From: Eledone cirrhosa
Taxonomy: Eukaryota
Direction of reading: 5' to 3'
Assembly: GCA_964016885.1 (NCBI GenBank)
Contig: CAXHJY010001273.1
Coordinates: 124,001-188,000 of the forward strand
Length of the DNA stretch: 64,000 bases
The notes beneath the pieces were generated by a model that saw only the letters and a program-made list of their open reading frames with translations, did no database searches and was not told the origin of the DNA. The translations under genes were made by a program, and so were the position numbers. Shown piece by piece: positions 25,889 through 40,125 of this stretch. Within the stretch, counting starts at the first letter, position 1. Each line of letters opens with the position of its first letter.

Positions 25889-26094
25889 GTAACAACAACA
25901 ACAGTAACGACAACAACAACTGTAACAACAACAGCAACAACAACAACAACAACAACAGTAACAACAACAACAGTAACAACAACAACAACAGTGACAACAA
26001 CAACAACAACAGTAACAACAACAACAGTAACAACAACAACAACTGTAACAACAACAGTAACAACAACAACAACAGTAACAACAACAACAACAGT

Positions 26095-26125
<31 letters not shown>

Positions 26126-26127
26126 GT

Positions 26128-26161
<34 letters not shown>

Positions 26162-26235
26162 GTAACAACAACAACAACAACAACAGTAACAACAACAACA
26201 ACAGTAACAACAACAACAACAACAGTAACAACAAT
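25690..26235. repeat. (AAC)n/(AACAGT) microsatellite
   Basis: Directly visible. Confidence 0.93.
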
Positions 26236-26383
26236 ATCAGTTATTCAAGTGAAGAGATCATTATACATTTTTTCTACTTCTGTACTTCTGCCTGATAGCT
26301 TCGAGGTACAGAGCAGAGATAGGTACAGAGTGGAGAAAGATACATATATATATATATATATATAGCCGTGTATATATATATAC

Positions 26384-26459
<76 letters not shown>

Positions 26460-26477
26460 CCGTGTATATATATATAC

Positions 26478-26516
<39 letters not shown>

Positions 26517-26522
26517 CGTGTA

Positions 26523-26564
<42 letters not shown>

Positions 26565-26570
26565 CGTGTA

Positions 26571-26616
<46 letters not shown>

Positions 26617-26699
26617 CAGAGAAATATCGAGGGAGAAAGAGAAAGTAAGAGGGAGGGGAAGAAGAGAGAGAGAGAGGGAGTGAGAGAGAGAGATAGAGA

Positions 26700-26759
<60 letters not shown>

Positions 26760-26869
26760 GAGAGAGAGAGAGGAAGTTGTGGGACAGGAAAAAGAAAAGC
26801 GTTTCTTTTAGTGAAATTCCGTTTGAAAATGGCCGTTAAAAAAGTAAAAATGTTTATTTTCAGTCGATC

Positions 26870-26930
26870 AACCACCACCTACTCTACTAGAAGCACCAGC
26901 ACCACTACCAGCAGCACCACCACCATCACC

Positions 26931-26961
<31 letters not shown>

Positions 26962-27059
26962 CCAGCATCACCACCACCACCACCACCACCACCACCACCA
27001 CCACCACCAGCATCACCACCACCACCACCACCAACACCACCACCACCATCACCACCAGC

Positions 27060-27092
<33 letters not shown>

Positions 27093-27500
27093 ACCACCAC
27101 CACCACCACCACCACCACCACCACCACCACCACCAGCATCACCACCACCACCACCACCACCACCACCACCACCACCAGCATCACCACCAGCACCAGCACC
27201 AACACCACCACCACCATCACCACCAGCACCAGCACCACCACCACCACCACCACCAGCATCACCACCACCACCACCACCACCACCACCACCACCACCACCA
27301 CCAGCATCACCACCACCACCACCACCAACACCACCACCACCATCACCACCAGCACCAGCACCACCACCACCACCACCACCAGCATCACCACCACCACCAC
27401 CACCACCACCAGCATCACCACCACCACCACCACCAACACCACCACCACCAGCATCACCACCACCACCACCACCAACACCACCACCACCATCACCACCAGC

Positions 27501-27533
<33 letters not shown>

Positions 27534-27536
27534 ACC

Positions 27537-27567
<31 letters not shown>

Positions 27568-27596
27568 GCATCACCACCACCACCACCACCATCACC

Positions 27597-27627
<31 letters not shown>

Positions 27628-27878
27628 GCATCACCACCACCACCACCACCACCACCACCACCACCAGCATCACCACCACCACCAACACCACCACCACCAG
27701 CACCACCATCACCACCACCACCATGATCAACCCCACTCTCGCTAACATCACCCCAACCCTACCACTATCATTGCTATCATCACCTTCATCTCCATCATTA
27801 TCACCACAGCAAACAGTAGCGAGTACTACTACTACAACCACCACTACTACCACTATCACCACAACCAACAGTACCTAC

Positions 27879-27911
<33 letters not shown>

Positions 27912-27950
27912 AACCACCACTACTACCACTATCACTACAGCCAACAGTAC

Positions 27951-28008
<58 letters not shown>

Positions 28009-28047
28009 AACCACCACTACTACCACTATCGCCACAGCCAACAGTAC

Positions 28048-28120
<73 letters not shown>

Positions 28121-28125
28121 CACTA
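26870..28125. repeat. (ACC)n followed by (TAC)n microsatellites
   Basis: Directly visible. The poly-Thr and poly-Val ORFs here are artefacts. Confidence 0.93.
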
Positions 28126-28877
28126 GCTGCAGTATATACATATTATGAAAAGCCAAGGATTCTTGCATCATAAAAATGAGTTTCATGGTAGCGATTGTAC
28201 AAACGATTGACTCATGCAAGCCGGCTGATAATATAGGAGAAAAATATTCGTTTAATACGTCGAAATCGATATATGACTAGTTACTGAGATTTGATTGGTT
28301 GATGGGAAATCTTAGGAAATGCATCAAACATTTCATCGATTCAATTGTCAAGCGCAAAACAGAGTATCAGTATCACGTGTTTAAATCACACACACGTAAG
28401 TGTCTAAGGTGGTTATTGTTAATGCAGTTTTAGGGCTGTTGAATAAAGGAATGTTCATTTTTTAAATTTAAATTATATAGCCCTCTTTCAGAATATGGTA
28501 AATCAATTATATTGGGAAATAAACTAATTTAGCTTGCTGATATTTGGAAATCCTTTACTATATAGGCTATGAAATTCCGAACTGTTATTAAATATTGAAA
28601 AAAAAAAAAAAAAAAAGTTTTAATAAAATGTTATATTTCTCCGAGAGATATAGATGACACGTACTGGAACTTGAATGTTAGCAGGCGCGTGTTCTATCAT
28701 GAAGCAATAGAGTTTGTTTATAACATTTTTTTTTACAAAGATTTAACTTTATGAATATTATCCACAATAAAATATGAATATAAATATATCTTAGAACAGG
28801 ATTTATAAAATTCATACACTTTAAGGCATTGTAAAAAAAAAAAAAATACAAATAAAAATATAATACTGTTTGGTTGC

Positions 28878-28917
<40 letters not shown>

Positions 28918-31668
28918 GTACAGTATAAAATCAACAAGTGACATAGACATGCTGATAGAAATAATCAAACAAAAAGTGTCGGCCAAAGCTGCTCGTATAA
29001 GGCGCTTTGAAAAACGATCTAGATTCTATAAGGACAATAATATGTTCAAAAACAACCAAAGAAACTTCTACAGAAAAATTGGTAAGTCAACAATAACTGC
29101 TAAATCAATACCACCCAAGGAGGAAGTGCAATAATTCTGGGAAAAGATCTGGGCCGAAGAAAAAGTTCATAACATACATGCCCCATGGATAGACAGACAA
29201 ATGAAAGATAGAGCTCACCTTGAGGAACAAATATGGGAAAATATAACAGTTGAACAGTTGCGCTTGGCTCTAAGAAAAACCAGCAAATGGAAATCCCCAG
29301 GAAAAGACAAAATACAAAACTTTTGGATAAATGCCTTCACAGAGTCTCATGAGCTGTTAGCCCAACTTTACAATGAAATAGTTAAGGAGCCAGAAAAGAT
29401 ACCATCATGGCTAGTTAACGGCATTACATTCCTGCTTCCGAAGAATGATGAGACAAACAATCCCAAAAATTACAGACCGATAACTTGCTTGACCACAATG
29501 TATAAAATTTTAACATCAGTTCTAACTGAATACACATATGACCACCTGATAACAAATGACCTATTTCCCATTGAGCAGAAAGGGTGTAAACGAGGCTCAT
29601 ATGGCTGTAAGGATCAGCTTCTGGTTAACAAAATGATACTGGAAGATTGTCATAATAGACACAAAAATCTATCGATTGCTTGGATAGATTATATAAAAGC
29701 ATTCGATAGTTTGCCACACAGTTGGATTGAAACATGTTTAGAGATTTTCAAAATATCCCCCGTTGTCAGGAGGTTTTTGTCATTCAGTATGAAGACATGG
29801 AAAACGACACTCCTTTTGAATAGTGAAACAAAATCACTGGAAGCTGGAGAAGTTAATATTAATTGTGGAATTTTTCAGGGTGACTCTTTATCACCGCTTT
29901 TATTCTGCATCGCACTTATACCATTAAGTAAAATGCTCAATGAAACAAAACATGGATATAAAGTCTATGACAAAACCATTAATCACTTGTTCTACATGGA
30001 TGACCTGAAACTATTTGCAAAAAATGATGAACAACTGTGGAGCAGTTCAGTGATGACATTAAAATGGAGTTTGGACTAGACAAATGCGCCAAAGCAACGT
30101 TCACCAGAGGAAAGCTGCTGAAGAGTTCAGACATTAATCTTGATCGGGGGAACGTGATAAGAGAACTTGATCAAGAAAAAACTTACAAATATCTAGGTGT
30201 TTGTGAAGGAGACGGAATCAAGCACTCGGCAATGAGGGAAAGGATAAGGAAGGAATGTTACCGCAGAGTAAGAGCAATCTTAAGAACGGAATTGAATGCA
30301 AGGAATAGGATCGATGCCATAAACACGCTTGCCATACCAGTAGTAACCTACAGTTACAATGTCATCAACTGGTCAAGCACAGAGATCCGTAGGCTCGATA
30401 CAAAAATTCGAAAACTCTTAACCATGCACAGAATGCATCACCCTAAGGCAGATATAGATAGAATATATCTCCCTAGGAAAGAAGGAGGACGTGGGTTAAT
30501 CCAGTTAGACATTGCGTTGAAAACTGCAACAATTGGATTATCTACATATCTAAGGGAATCACATGATTGGATGATCAAACTCGTTTTGAAACACGAAAGC
30601 ATCAAAAGATCATATTCCATTACAAAAGATGCACAAAGATACAGTAATGGACTACAAATTTCAGAAGTCCCATTTACTGCTGAAATGGAAAACACAGAAA
30701 AAGCAAAGCAGGTAAAAGTAACTGCAAAGAAAGAACTGCTACAGAAACTGGCTAAGAAATGGCAAGAAAAGCCTCTGTATGGAAAATACCCAGAGCGAGC
30801 TAACAATCCTGATGTTGACAAAACTTTAACCCATCAGTGGTTGGCATCCTCTGGACTGAAATCGGAGACTGAAGGACTGATTATATCAGCACAAGATCAG
30901 TGTCTGCCAACAAAAAATTACCAAGCCAACATAATAAAAAATGGATGCAGCCCATTATGCCGTGTATGCAAAAAACAACCAGAGACCATTGACCATATAA
31001 TTTCAATGTGCAGTCCTATAGCTCCAACCGAATACCTAAACAGGCATGACAGAGCTGCACAATACATACATTGGATAATGTGTAAGCATTTTGACCTGCC
31101 CCATCAAAAGAATTGGTGGGAGCATCAACCACCTCCCATACTTGAAAAATATCACATCTCAATCTTGTGGAACTTTAGAATCCAAACAGACCGAAAAATA
31201 GATGCAAATAGACCTGATATAATATTGAAGGACTTCAAAAAGAGGGTATGCCTGCTAATTGATATGTCTGTTCCAATAGACAAGAATGTATCTATAAAAA
31301 CATTTGAAAAATTGAGCAAGTATAAGGACCTGGAGATAGAAATTGGAAAAATGTGGAAATTGAGAACTAAAACAATACCAGTGGTTGTAGGTGCTCTGGG
31401 AATGATACCTAAGGGGTCTAATGATTACTTATCGCAAATCCCAGGAAACCCGCGTATAGGAGAAATACAAAAGATAGTACTAATGAGAACTGCCCATATA
31501 CTAAGGAAGATTCTGTCAATATAAGTACATCACAAGTCTAAAAACTAAAGATGCATGTGTGAGTATGTATGTTCTTTCTTGAACATGGCGGACCTTGTTG
31601 TCTCTTGAGGTCACTGGTTGTGACTTGGTGATAACTCGTATGAACATAAAGCAAGATAAATGCAACTG
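28918..31668 (+). mobile_element. 5'-truncated Dong/R4-clade non-LTR retrotransposon inserted in (TAA)n
   Basis: Encodes RT, CCHC and restriction-like endonuclease. (TAA)n lies on both sides (28879-28914, 31669-31686), which is the known Dong target. Confidence 0.92.
28949..31524 (+). pseudogene. Dong/R4 polyprotein (RT, Zn finger, RLE) with one stop (29132-29134) and one frameshift (~30037)
   Basis: Motifs: WKSPGKDKI, YRPITCL, EQKGC, KAFDSLPH, GIFQGDSLSP, HLFYMDD, RKEGGRGL, CRVC..ETIDHIISMC, NRPDI..IDMSVP..KLSKY, IPVVVGALG. Confidence 0.92.
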
Positions 31669-31929
31669 TAATAATAATAATAATAAAACAGAAGATGGTG
31701 AACAAGAAAGAAAAAAGACAGAAAAATGACAGAAGTAATTTTTTTTGTATAAATTTGTCATCGTGGAAAATATTGGGGAGTTGTTGTGTGGCGTGCATTA
31801 ATTTATTTGTTTATTTTTAGTGCTTTCTGTTGTTCGTTTCTATGGTAACTGTTACTACAACAACCGTTCTGATGTCGACAGTTTCTGTGACGTTGATGTA
31901 TGGATGTTATTCCCTACATACATCATGAA

Positions 31930-32250
31930 CTAGCTGCAAAAACTGGCTCTCCGTCGGTTACGACGATGAGTGTTCCAGTTGATATGATCAACGGAACAGC
32001 CTGCTCGTGAAATTAACGTGCAGAGGCTGAGTATTCCATAGATATGTGCATCCTTAACGTAGTTCTCAGGGAGATTCAGTGTGGCACAGAATGTGACAAA
32101 GCTGGCCCTTCGAATTACAGGTACAACTCCTTTTTTCCAGCTGAGTAAACTGGAGCAACGTGAAATAAATTATCCTGCTGAAGGACATAACGCATCGCTG
32201 GGAATCGAACTCATAAGCATAAGATCGCGAGCAGAATATTTTACCCAGTG
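31930..32250 (-). mobile_element. tRNA-derived SINE
   Basis: Minus-strand B-box gagttcgattccc followed by tgtccttcagcagga..tttatttcacgttgctccagt..actcagctg, a V-SINE-like central stretch. Confidence 0.65.
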
Positions 32251-32335
32251 GTTCCCAAACCGTGCGCCACTGGGCGATGATATGCAAATACTAAGATTTA
32301 GTTTTAAGATGTGAAATTCGTATAAAGGTTGATAA

Positions 32336-33572
32336 GATAGCTATAGAGAAGATAGCAACAGTAAGTAGAGTTATACAAACAGCTATTACAACAATACAGC
32401 TATAGAGAAGATAGCAACAGCATCAATATACATAGCAACAGTAAGTAGAGTTATACAAACAGCTATTACAACATTAAATACAGCTATAGAGAAGATAGCA
32501 ACAGCATCAATATACATAGCAACAGTAAGTAGAGTTATACAAACAGCTATTACAACAATACAGCTATAGAGAAGATAGCAACAGCATCAATATACATAGC
32601 AACAGTAAGTAGAGTTATACAAACAGCTATTACAACATTAAATACAGCTATAGAGAAGATAGCAACCGCATCAATATACATAGCAACAGTAAGTAGAGTT
32701 ATACAAACAGCTATTACAACAATACAGCTATAGAGAAGATAGCAACAGCATCAATATACATAGCAACAGTAAGTAGAGTTATACAAACAGCTATTACAAC
32801 AATACAGCTATAGAGAAGATAGCAACAGCATCAATATACATAGCAACAGTAAGTAGAGTTATACAAACAGCTATTACAACAATACAGCTATAGAGAAGAT
32901 AGCAACAGCATCAATATACATAGCAACAGTAAGTAGAGTTATACAAACAGCTATTACAACAATACAGCTATAGAGAAGATGGCAACAGCATCAATATACA
33001 TAGCAACAGTAAGTAGAGTTATACAAACAGCTATTACAACATTAAATACAGCTATAGAGAAGATGGCAACAGCATCAATATACATAGCAACAGTAAGTAG
33101 AGTTATACAAACAGCTATTACAACATTAAATACAGCTATAGAGAAGATAGCAACAGCATCAATATACATAGCAACAGTAAGTAGAGTTATAGAAACAGCT
33201 ATTACAACATTAAATACAGCTATAGAGAAGATGGCAACAGCATCAATATACATTGCAACAGTAAGTAGAGTTATACAAACAGCTATTACAACATTAAATA
33301 CAGCTATAGAGAAGATAGCAACAGCATCAATATACATAGCAACAGTAAGTAGAGTTATACAAACAGCTATTACAACATTAAATACAGCTATAGAGAAGAT
33401 GGAAACAGCATCAATATACATAGCAACAGTAAGTAGAGTTATACAAACAGCTATTACAACATTAAATACAGCTATAGAGAAGATAGCAACAGCATCAATA
33501 TACATAGCAACAGTAAGTAGAGTTATACAAACAGCTATTACAACAATACAGCTATAGAGAAGATGGCAACAG
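32336..33572. repeat. 80/84-bp minisatellite, ~15 copies
   Basis: Unit acagctatagagaagatagcaacagcatcaatatacatagcaacagtaagtagagttatacaaacagctattacaac(atta)aat. Confidence 0.95.
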
Positions 33573-34002
33573 AACCTATAGCTGTCAAAGTGGCGAACAA
33601 GTAAAGTTTAGTAACAAGATGCGAGAATGCTTTTGCGGTCTTGTCCTCGGGGCGCAACCCCTCTACCGCTGCGCCCTAGGCCCAGAGCCCAACCATCCTC
33701 CCCATTCTTCTGTGACACTAGATTCCTTGCCATTCTCTCCTTCCCGTTTTTTCTTTTTCTTTTTTTTTTTTTCTTTTTTGTTCTTCTTTATATTTTCTTA
33801 TGTTACATTCCATTCTTCTCAATTTAAATTTTCTTTTTCTATTAAACTGTATTTACATGATATATTCCATTAATTTATTAATTTCCATCTGTAAACTTTG
33901 TTAAGAATGAGAGGTGGTTTGTTTGAATACATTTTCAAATTTATGGTACAAAGTGAGCCAGCATATTTTTACTTTTTCAAAAATGCGCCGTGAGTAAAAA
34001 AG

Positions 34003-35118
34003 GTTTTGCAGAATCGTTGAAGTTCCGTCTCTTTGCGTTTTGTTTTAAAATACCACTGGTCAAATCCTATGGAGGTCAAATTTGCCTTTCATTCTTGCGG
34101 CGAGGCAGAGACTTCATAAATAAAGTACCAGTCATGTACTGGGCCGATGTATTAAATCGTTTCCTTTCAGTTTAAAATTGCTGGCCTTGTGCCTAAATTA
34201 GAAACCGTTGTTATGAGTTCAAATCCTGTGATGGTCGAATTTGCCTTTCATCTTTGTGGCGGGTGGAATGGGAGTGGCTTGATAAATAAAGTACCAGTCA
34301 AGTACTGGGATCGATATAATCAACCGTTTCCCACTAATTCGAACATTACTGGTCTTGTGTCTAAATTATAAATCGCTGTTATAAGTTCAGATCCATGCCG
34401 AGGTCAAATTTGCCATTCATTATTCCGGGGGTCGATAAAATAAAGTAAAATAAAGTAAAATATAACAGAATACCAGTTTACTACTGAGGTCCATGTAATC
34501 ATCTGTTCCCCCTCCTCACCCCCAAATTGTTGGCTTTGTGTCTAAATTAGAAACCACTTGTATTATTGCTAGCTTTGGTCTTTAGGACGGAGGATTGGCA
34601 GAATCGGTAGAGCGTCGGACACCATGCTTTGCAGAATAGAGTTCTGGCTCTTTACTTTCCGAGTTCAAATCCCGCCGAGGTTAGCTTTCTCTTTCATCTA
34701 AAAGGGGTCGATAAAATAAAGTACCAGTAACACTCTGGGTCGATTTAATCGACTTTCCACTTCACCCCAAAATGGCTGATCTGAATTAGAAACCATTATT
34801 ATTATCATTGCCTTTCATCCTTACGGGGTCGATAAAATAAAGTACCAGTAATACACTGGGTAATTGCTGGCCTTGTGCCAAAAAGTAGAAACAATTATTA
34901 TTATCATTAATGCTTCTTAGGGCGGTGGATTGGCAGTATCGGTAGAACGTCGGACACCCTGCTTCTCGGCATAGAGTTACGGCCCTTTACGATCTGAGTT
35001 CAAATCCCGCCGAGGTTAGCTTTGCCTTTCATCCTTACGGGGTCGATAAAATAAAGCACCAGTAATGCACTGGGGTAATTGCTGGCCTTGTGCCAAAAAG
35101 TAGAAACAATTATTATTG
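34003..35118 (+). mobile_element. Head-to-tail cluster of ~6 SINE copies (same family as 25110-25617)
   Basis: Repeated B-box and gcctttcatcc..gggtcgataaaataaagtaccag core. The best copy is 34920-35118. Confidence 0.8.
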
Positions 35119-35445
35119 CTTTAGTTCTTTATAGTGTTTTCCAACTCTCGACATACAGAATATTCTCTTTGTAAAATGATTAGATGTAATTGGTAAAATA
35201 CAGATCAACAAGTCTCACGAGAACATTCGAGAACAACTTAAAATGGCATTCAGATATGAAGAGGTTCTAGACTTTTTGGTTATTTTTTAGTTTTGTTAGT
35301 GTTTTCTTTTTATTCTTTTTCGATGAGAAATCGATAATTGAAAAGTGGAAGACTTGAGCTACGCCGTTCATTTCTGGTTCAACTGTATATCCCAGGTAGT
35401 TAATACATTCTGTATATATGTGTATACATAGATATATACATACAT

Positions 35446-35483
<38 letters not shown>

Positions 35484-35712
35484 TCACACATATATACACA
35501 TACATATATATATATATATACACACATGCATGTATACATACATATGTACATATACATATACATACATACATATACACATACATATATACATATACACTTA
35601 CATATATACATATACACATGCATTTATACAAAAAAATAAATATATATATATATATTTATACAACTAATCACACATACAAACACACACGCACACACACACG
35701 CACACACACACG

Positions 35713-35766
<54 letters not shown>

Positions 35767-36203
35767 TATATACATGTATACATGCATACGAACATAGTTA
35801 TATACATATATAAATATATGCATACATATATACATACATATACGCACTGGCATATGCGCACATAACCATACACGTTGATACCTATACATAGTCACACATA
35901 TGATCGCATGGTTTTGATGTATGTATGCGTGTTTGTGTGTGTGTATATATATATATTATATATTATGGAATACTGTTGGCTTTTTGCTACAATATTTTCT
36001 ATACCTTTCATTTATATATATATATATTATATATATATATAACATATAAATTCACAAAAACGATGAAGTATAGTTTACATATATTTTTTTTTTATTGTTT
36101 ATCGATTTGTTTCGTGCGTTTCGCCGAGGGTTGGCTCAGGGTCACCGATAGAGGTTATGGACCCGACTCCATTATCGATCTGCTCTTCAATCTGATGATC
36201 CGA

Positions 36204-36239
<36 letters not shown>

Positions 36240-36263
36240 AATTTTTATTCTATTATATATATA

Positions 36264-36761
36264 CTAGCCGAATTACTCGCGCCTTGCTACGTTTCACACA
36301 TTCTTTTTTGTAAGAAAATGATGATTGATTTTAAATCAGTGATATAATTGATGGAGAAAAACTCTGAATTTCAATATTACTCAATGTAAAATGTAATGCA
36401 TGAAAAATTGGAAAACATTATTTTTTGTAATATATCAAATCAAAATTATATTAAATCTTATTCTTATATTGTTTCTTGTAAATAATTTTTTTTCAAAATA
36501 TCAATTCAAATCTTTTGTGAATAGGCATCATATCTTGTCATTTACCTATGGTTTAAATAAATCGAAGGGAAAAAGTTTTCAGCGCAGGTTTGTGCCATCC
36601 CCCGGGGAACCCTTTGATTAAAATGAAATGTACTTATCCAAGTACCCTGGGTAATGTAGTTCCAGAACATATATGGTTATGGGGGTCTATCTCTAAAACC
36701 ATAGGAGGAGTTCATGAACAAAGAAACAAAGAAACAGGAACTACAACTTTATATATATAGA
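36264..36761 (-). mobile_element. Non-autonomous Helitron
   Basis: Minus strand: A|TCTATATATATAAAG ... cgtagcaaggcgcgagtaattcggCTAG|T. AT target site, no TSD. Confidence 0.8.
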
Positions 36762-36929
36762 TGTGTGTTTGTGTGTGTGATTAGTTGACTAATGGACCAT
36801 TCGGAAATTTGAAAATTTAGTCACCACAATACAGATAACTATAATAATAATTGAAGAAACTGTGTTAAGTATCCCTGGGGATGGAAAAAAAACAACAACA
36901 TTCCCAGAGACGTCTGCACGGAATCGAAC

Positions 36930-37103
36930 GACGCATATCTCGTAGGTCGGACGTCAGCCTATGTTTCGTCTACGAAATTCCTCACAATAGATTGATGAAC
37001 CAGAGGCTATGGTAGAAGACCTTGGCCCAAGAGGCCGCACTGTGGGATTGAATCAGGCCTAGGACCAGGAACCACGTGGTTGCTACGTCAACCTTCTAAC
37101 CAA
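36930..37103 (-). mobile_element. Degenerate tRNA-derived SINE
   Basis: Minus strand ..gattcaatcccacagtgcggcctcttgggccaaggtcttctaccatagcctctgg.. is a tRNA head plus CORE-like domain. Confidence 0.55.
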
Positions 37104-37557
37104 CTAAAAATTAAGAAAGAAAATCAAACACGCTCGCATCACACATAACTCACATACACATTCATATACACACATACACACACACACCACATATACACAC
37201 ATAAAACACGGAAACACACCATACACACATACCACACATACATATACACATATACACATATCGCACATAACATACACAAGCAAACACACAACACATACAA
37301 AAAAAAAAAGAGGAGAATCAAAACTAAAACTCGAGTAAGGGATTGTTCACCAACATTATCACGATCTCTGGTAAACTGGACAGACAGACCGATAGACAGA
37401 CAGACAGACACATAGACATATAGATGGGTGGGTGGGGGTGGGGGGAGATCATGGATAGAGAGATACAGAGATAGATTGGGTAGGTGGGAAGATAGACAGA
37501 AAGATAGATGTATAGATAAATAAATAGATGGTTGGCTGGCTGGCTGGATAATATATA

Positions 37558-38394
37558 CATTTCTTTAGTAGCCACAATGGCACAAAAGAAGGGGACAAAT
37601 ACAAATGGGGAGTTTACATACAGGTATATGAAGATAAAACTATTAATAAAATAAATAACAATTGATATCCCCAATAGGGGGGATGCGTTACAAAGAGTTT
37701 GTACACACCCCGAAAAAATGTACAACCCTCATCTCCAGGAGCACCAAGAGTGAGTACTCAATTCCTCTCTTCCTCTTTTTCCTCAACCTACAGGCTTATA
37801 TAGAGAGAAGGCCCAACCACTCGGGCCATCTTTGCCACATTCACCCACCTTTTATAAAATTTGCTGGGGTACAGCACCTCTCTCTCCCTCCTGATTCTTC
37901 TTCCAAAATGATATTTGAAAAAACGAATCAGTTGTTCGCCGGAGAGAAAGGTGTCTGACCTCAGCCCTTTTAACCTCGTCCACCATATAACCTCTTTCAC
38001 CATAGCCATAACACATAGGAAAACAGCTTCTCCCTCGTTTTTGAAGGAGGGTGGCGGTTTGATCATGACAATGGACTCGGTGGTCAACTGGATTGGTCCC
38101 ACCCGCGACAATAGTCGTTCTACATAGCCCCACAGGTCGGTAACACCCGGGCAGTGTACAAATGCGTGCGCGACGGTTTCCTCGTCGCGCACGCATCTCG
38201 GGCAGATCTTTTTCGAAGGGTCCCTACCCGGGCGCCCGTGTCTGTAAAGCTTGTCTCGAACTGGTAGAGCTCCTCGGTAGCATTGCCAGGCCAGGGATTT
38301 TTGGAAGTTGTCCATTGGTCCCGGGCGGAAGGTCCTACCGAACAGACTGGCCAGTTCGTCCTCCTCTACGCGTAGAGTTTCTCCGAGCGTGTCG
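37558..38394 (-). mobile_element. Tx1 3' fragment (ORF2 C-terminus plus UTR)
   Basis: The protein ..GPMDNFQKSLAWQCYRGALPVRDK..CPRC..GPSLYISL* is highly similar to 1478-2090. Flanked by GATA-type repeats. Confidence 0.9.
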
Positions 38395-38483
38395 GATAAT
38401 AGATAAGTACATAGACAGATACAGAAATAGCTAGTGATAGAAATAAATAGATTCAGATAGATAGATGGATATAGAGATAGATA

Positions 38484-38842
38484 TGTTTCTTTATTAGCCA
38501 CAGGGGCACAAAAGAAGGGGACAAATACAAAGGGGGAAGTTTAGATACAATAAAAACGTGTAAAATACTATCACAAATGTAATTTAAAAATTAATCGATT
38601 TTCCCCAATAGGAGGAGACATTACATATGGGTAACACATACCTCCGAAAAAAATGTGCAACCCTCATCTCCAGGAGTACGAAGAGTGAGTACCCCTTTCC
38701 TCTCTTCCTCTTTTTCCTCAACCCACAGGCTGATATAGAGAGAAGGCCCATTCACTCGGGCCATTCTCGCCACTTTCACCCACCTTTCATAAAACTTGCT
38801 GGGGTAGAGCACCTCTCTCTCCATCCTGATTCTTCTTCCAAG
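38484..38842 (-). mobile_element. Tx1 3' fragment
   Basis: EREVLYPSKFYERWVKVARMARVNGPSLYISL plus a UTR ending ggctaataaagaaa. Flanked by (GATA)n. Confidence 0.88.
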
Positions 38843-39582
38843 ATATAGAGATAGATAGGTAGGTAGGTAGACATAGAGATAGATTTGTAGAGATAGATAG
38901 GTAGATGGATAGATGGATATAGAGATAGATAGATAGACATAGAGATAGATTTGTAGAGATAGATAGGTAGATAGATAGATGGATGAATATATTGAACGAT
39001 GGATAAATATATAGATAGATGTATGTGTGTATACATGGACAGATCAATAGATAGATAGATAGATAGAGAAAATAGAGTGGGAAACCAAGATAAAAATGAA
39101 AGATAAATTATTAAAAAAACTCACAGAAAAACACAACAAACGGAAAAAAAAATGATATTCTTTTCACAAAATGGTTTATGTAGTGAAAGATTTGGTGTGT
39201 GGGGGAGAGCGGATGATCGTGGGACTGGAAGTTCAATTTGGTGGAGATGTTGGTTGGCTTAGGTGGTGGTGGCTTGAAGCGGGATGTGAGTTCGATTTGG
39301 TAGATAGGGTTAGGTGGGTGGTAAGCATGATGTGAGTTCGATTTGGTGGAAAGAGTTGGGCGGGCGATAAGTGATATGTGAGTTCGTTTCAGTTTGATTG
39401 CATTAATTCAAATTGAATCTCTTTTTGAATTCATGGCTGAGAAGATACGTGACAATTGTATCCGGGTTCAAATCGTTCTGTTGGCCTCACATTTATGGAG
39501 ATCTAACAGGTTACTTTCAACTGTCAGAAAATCTTGCCAGTAAAGTCATCTCACCTGGCTGCTGAGGAAAATAATCTAACAG

Positions 39583-39731
39583 CTTCTTCTTCTTCTTCTT
39601 CTTCTTCTTCTTCTTCTTCTTCTTCTTCTTCTTCTTCTTCTTCTTCTTCTTCTTCTTCTTCTTCTTCTTCTTCTTCTTCTTCTTCTTCTTCTTCTTCTTC
39701 TTCTTCTTCTTCTTCTTCTTCTTCTTCTTCT
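39583..39731. repeat. (TTC)n microsatellite
   Basis: Perfect run. Confidence 0.97.
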
Positions 39732-40016
39732 ATTGACACCAGCATCACCATTATTATTATTATTATTATTATTATTGTAAATTGCAAGATTAAAAGAAAT
39801 ATGTTTTCAACTTTCATCAATGTCGATGTTGGTGTTGTTGTTGGTGTTGTTGTTTTTGCTTAAATGTTGAAATTTTAACTGCTGTTATTGGTGATTTGGT
39901 TCTGGCTTTTGATATCGTTGTTGTTGACACTATTGCTGTAGCAGTAGTAGTAGTAACTGAGGATGATGATAGTAACGATATTTCAACGCTATTCAACATT
40001 CATATATATATCTACA

Positions 40017-40125
40017 CGCCGTCGAAACGGTAAGAACTCAGCCGTCGGTCACTAACTCTTTATATTACCTACACTCTGCTTTCCCAAGCATCGAGAAGTT
40101 AGTTGAACAATGATATTACTAGTCT
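40017..40125 (+). mobile_element. PLE-type tail with 3' half hammerhead and bulged hairpin
   Basis: gccgtc-GAAAC-GGT aagaactca GCC-GTC, then CTC-tgctt tccc aagca-TC-GAG (40074-40095). Confidence 0.6.

Noticed and set aside
24489-28219. Poly-His/Asp/Ser/Thr (mucin-like) ORFs
   Set aside because: Trinucleotide microsatellites with no unique coding context or splice support.
32954-33557. 28-aa repeat protein ORFs
   Set aside because: Artefact of the 84-bp units; neighbouring 80-bp units break the frame.
34920-35010. tRNA-like A/B boxes as tRNA genes
   Set aside because: No cloverleaf; they continue into the SINE core and tail.
36112-36142. Minus-strand CUGA-GCC aacccuc GGC-GAAA-CGCACG hammerhead-like motif
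   Set aside because: It lacks the nGA of the core and a cleavage triplet, so it is at most a decayed relic.
39540-39580. Possible minus-strand micro-exon (ttttcctcag CAGCCAG gtgaga)
   Set aside because: Splice-like motifs alone are not enough without transcript data.
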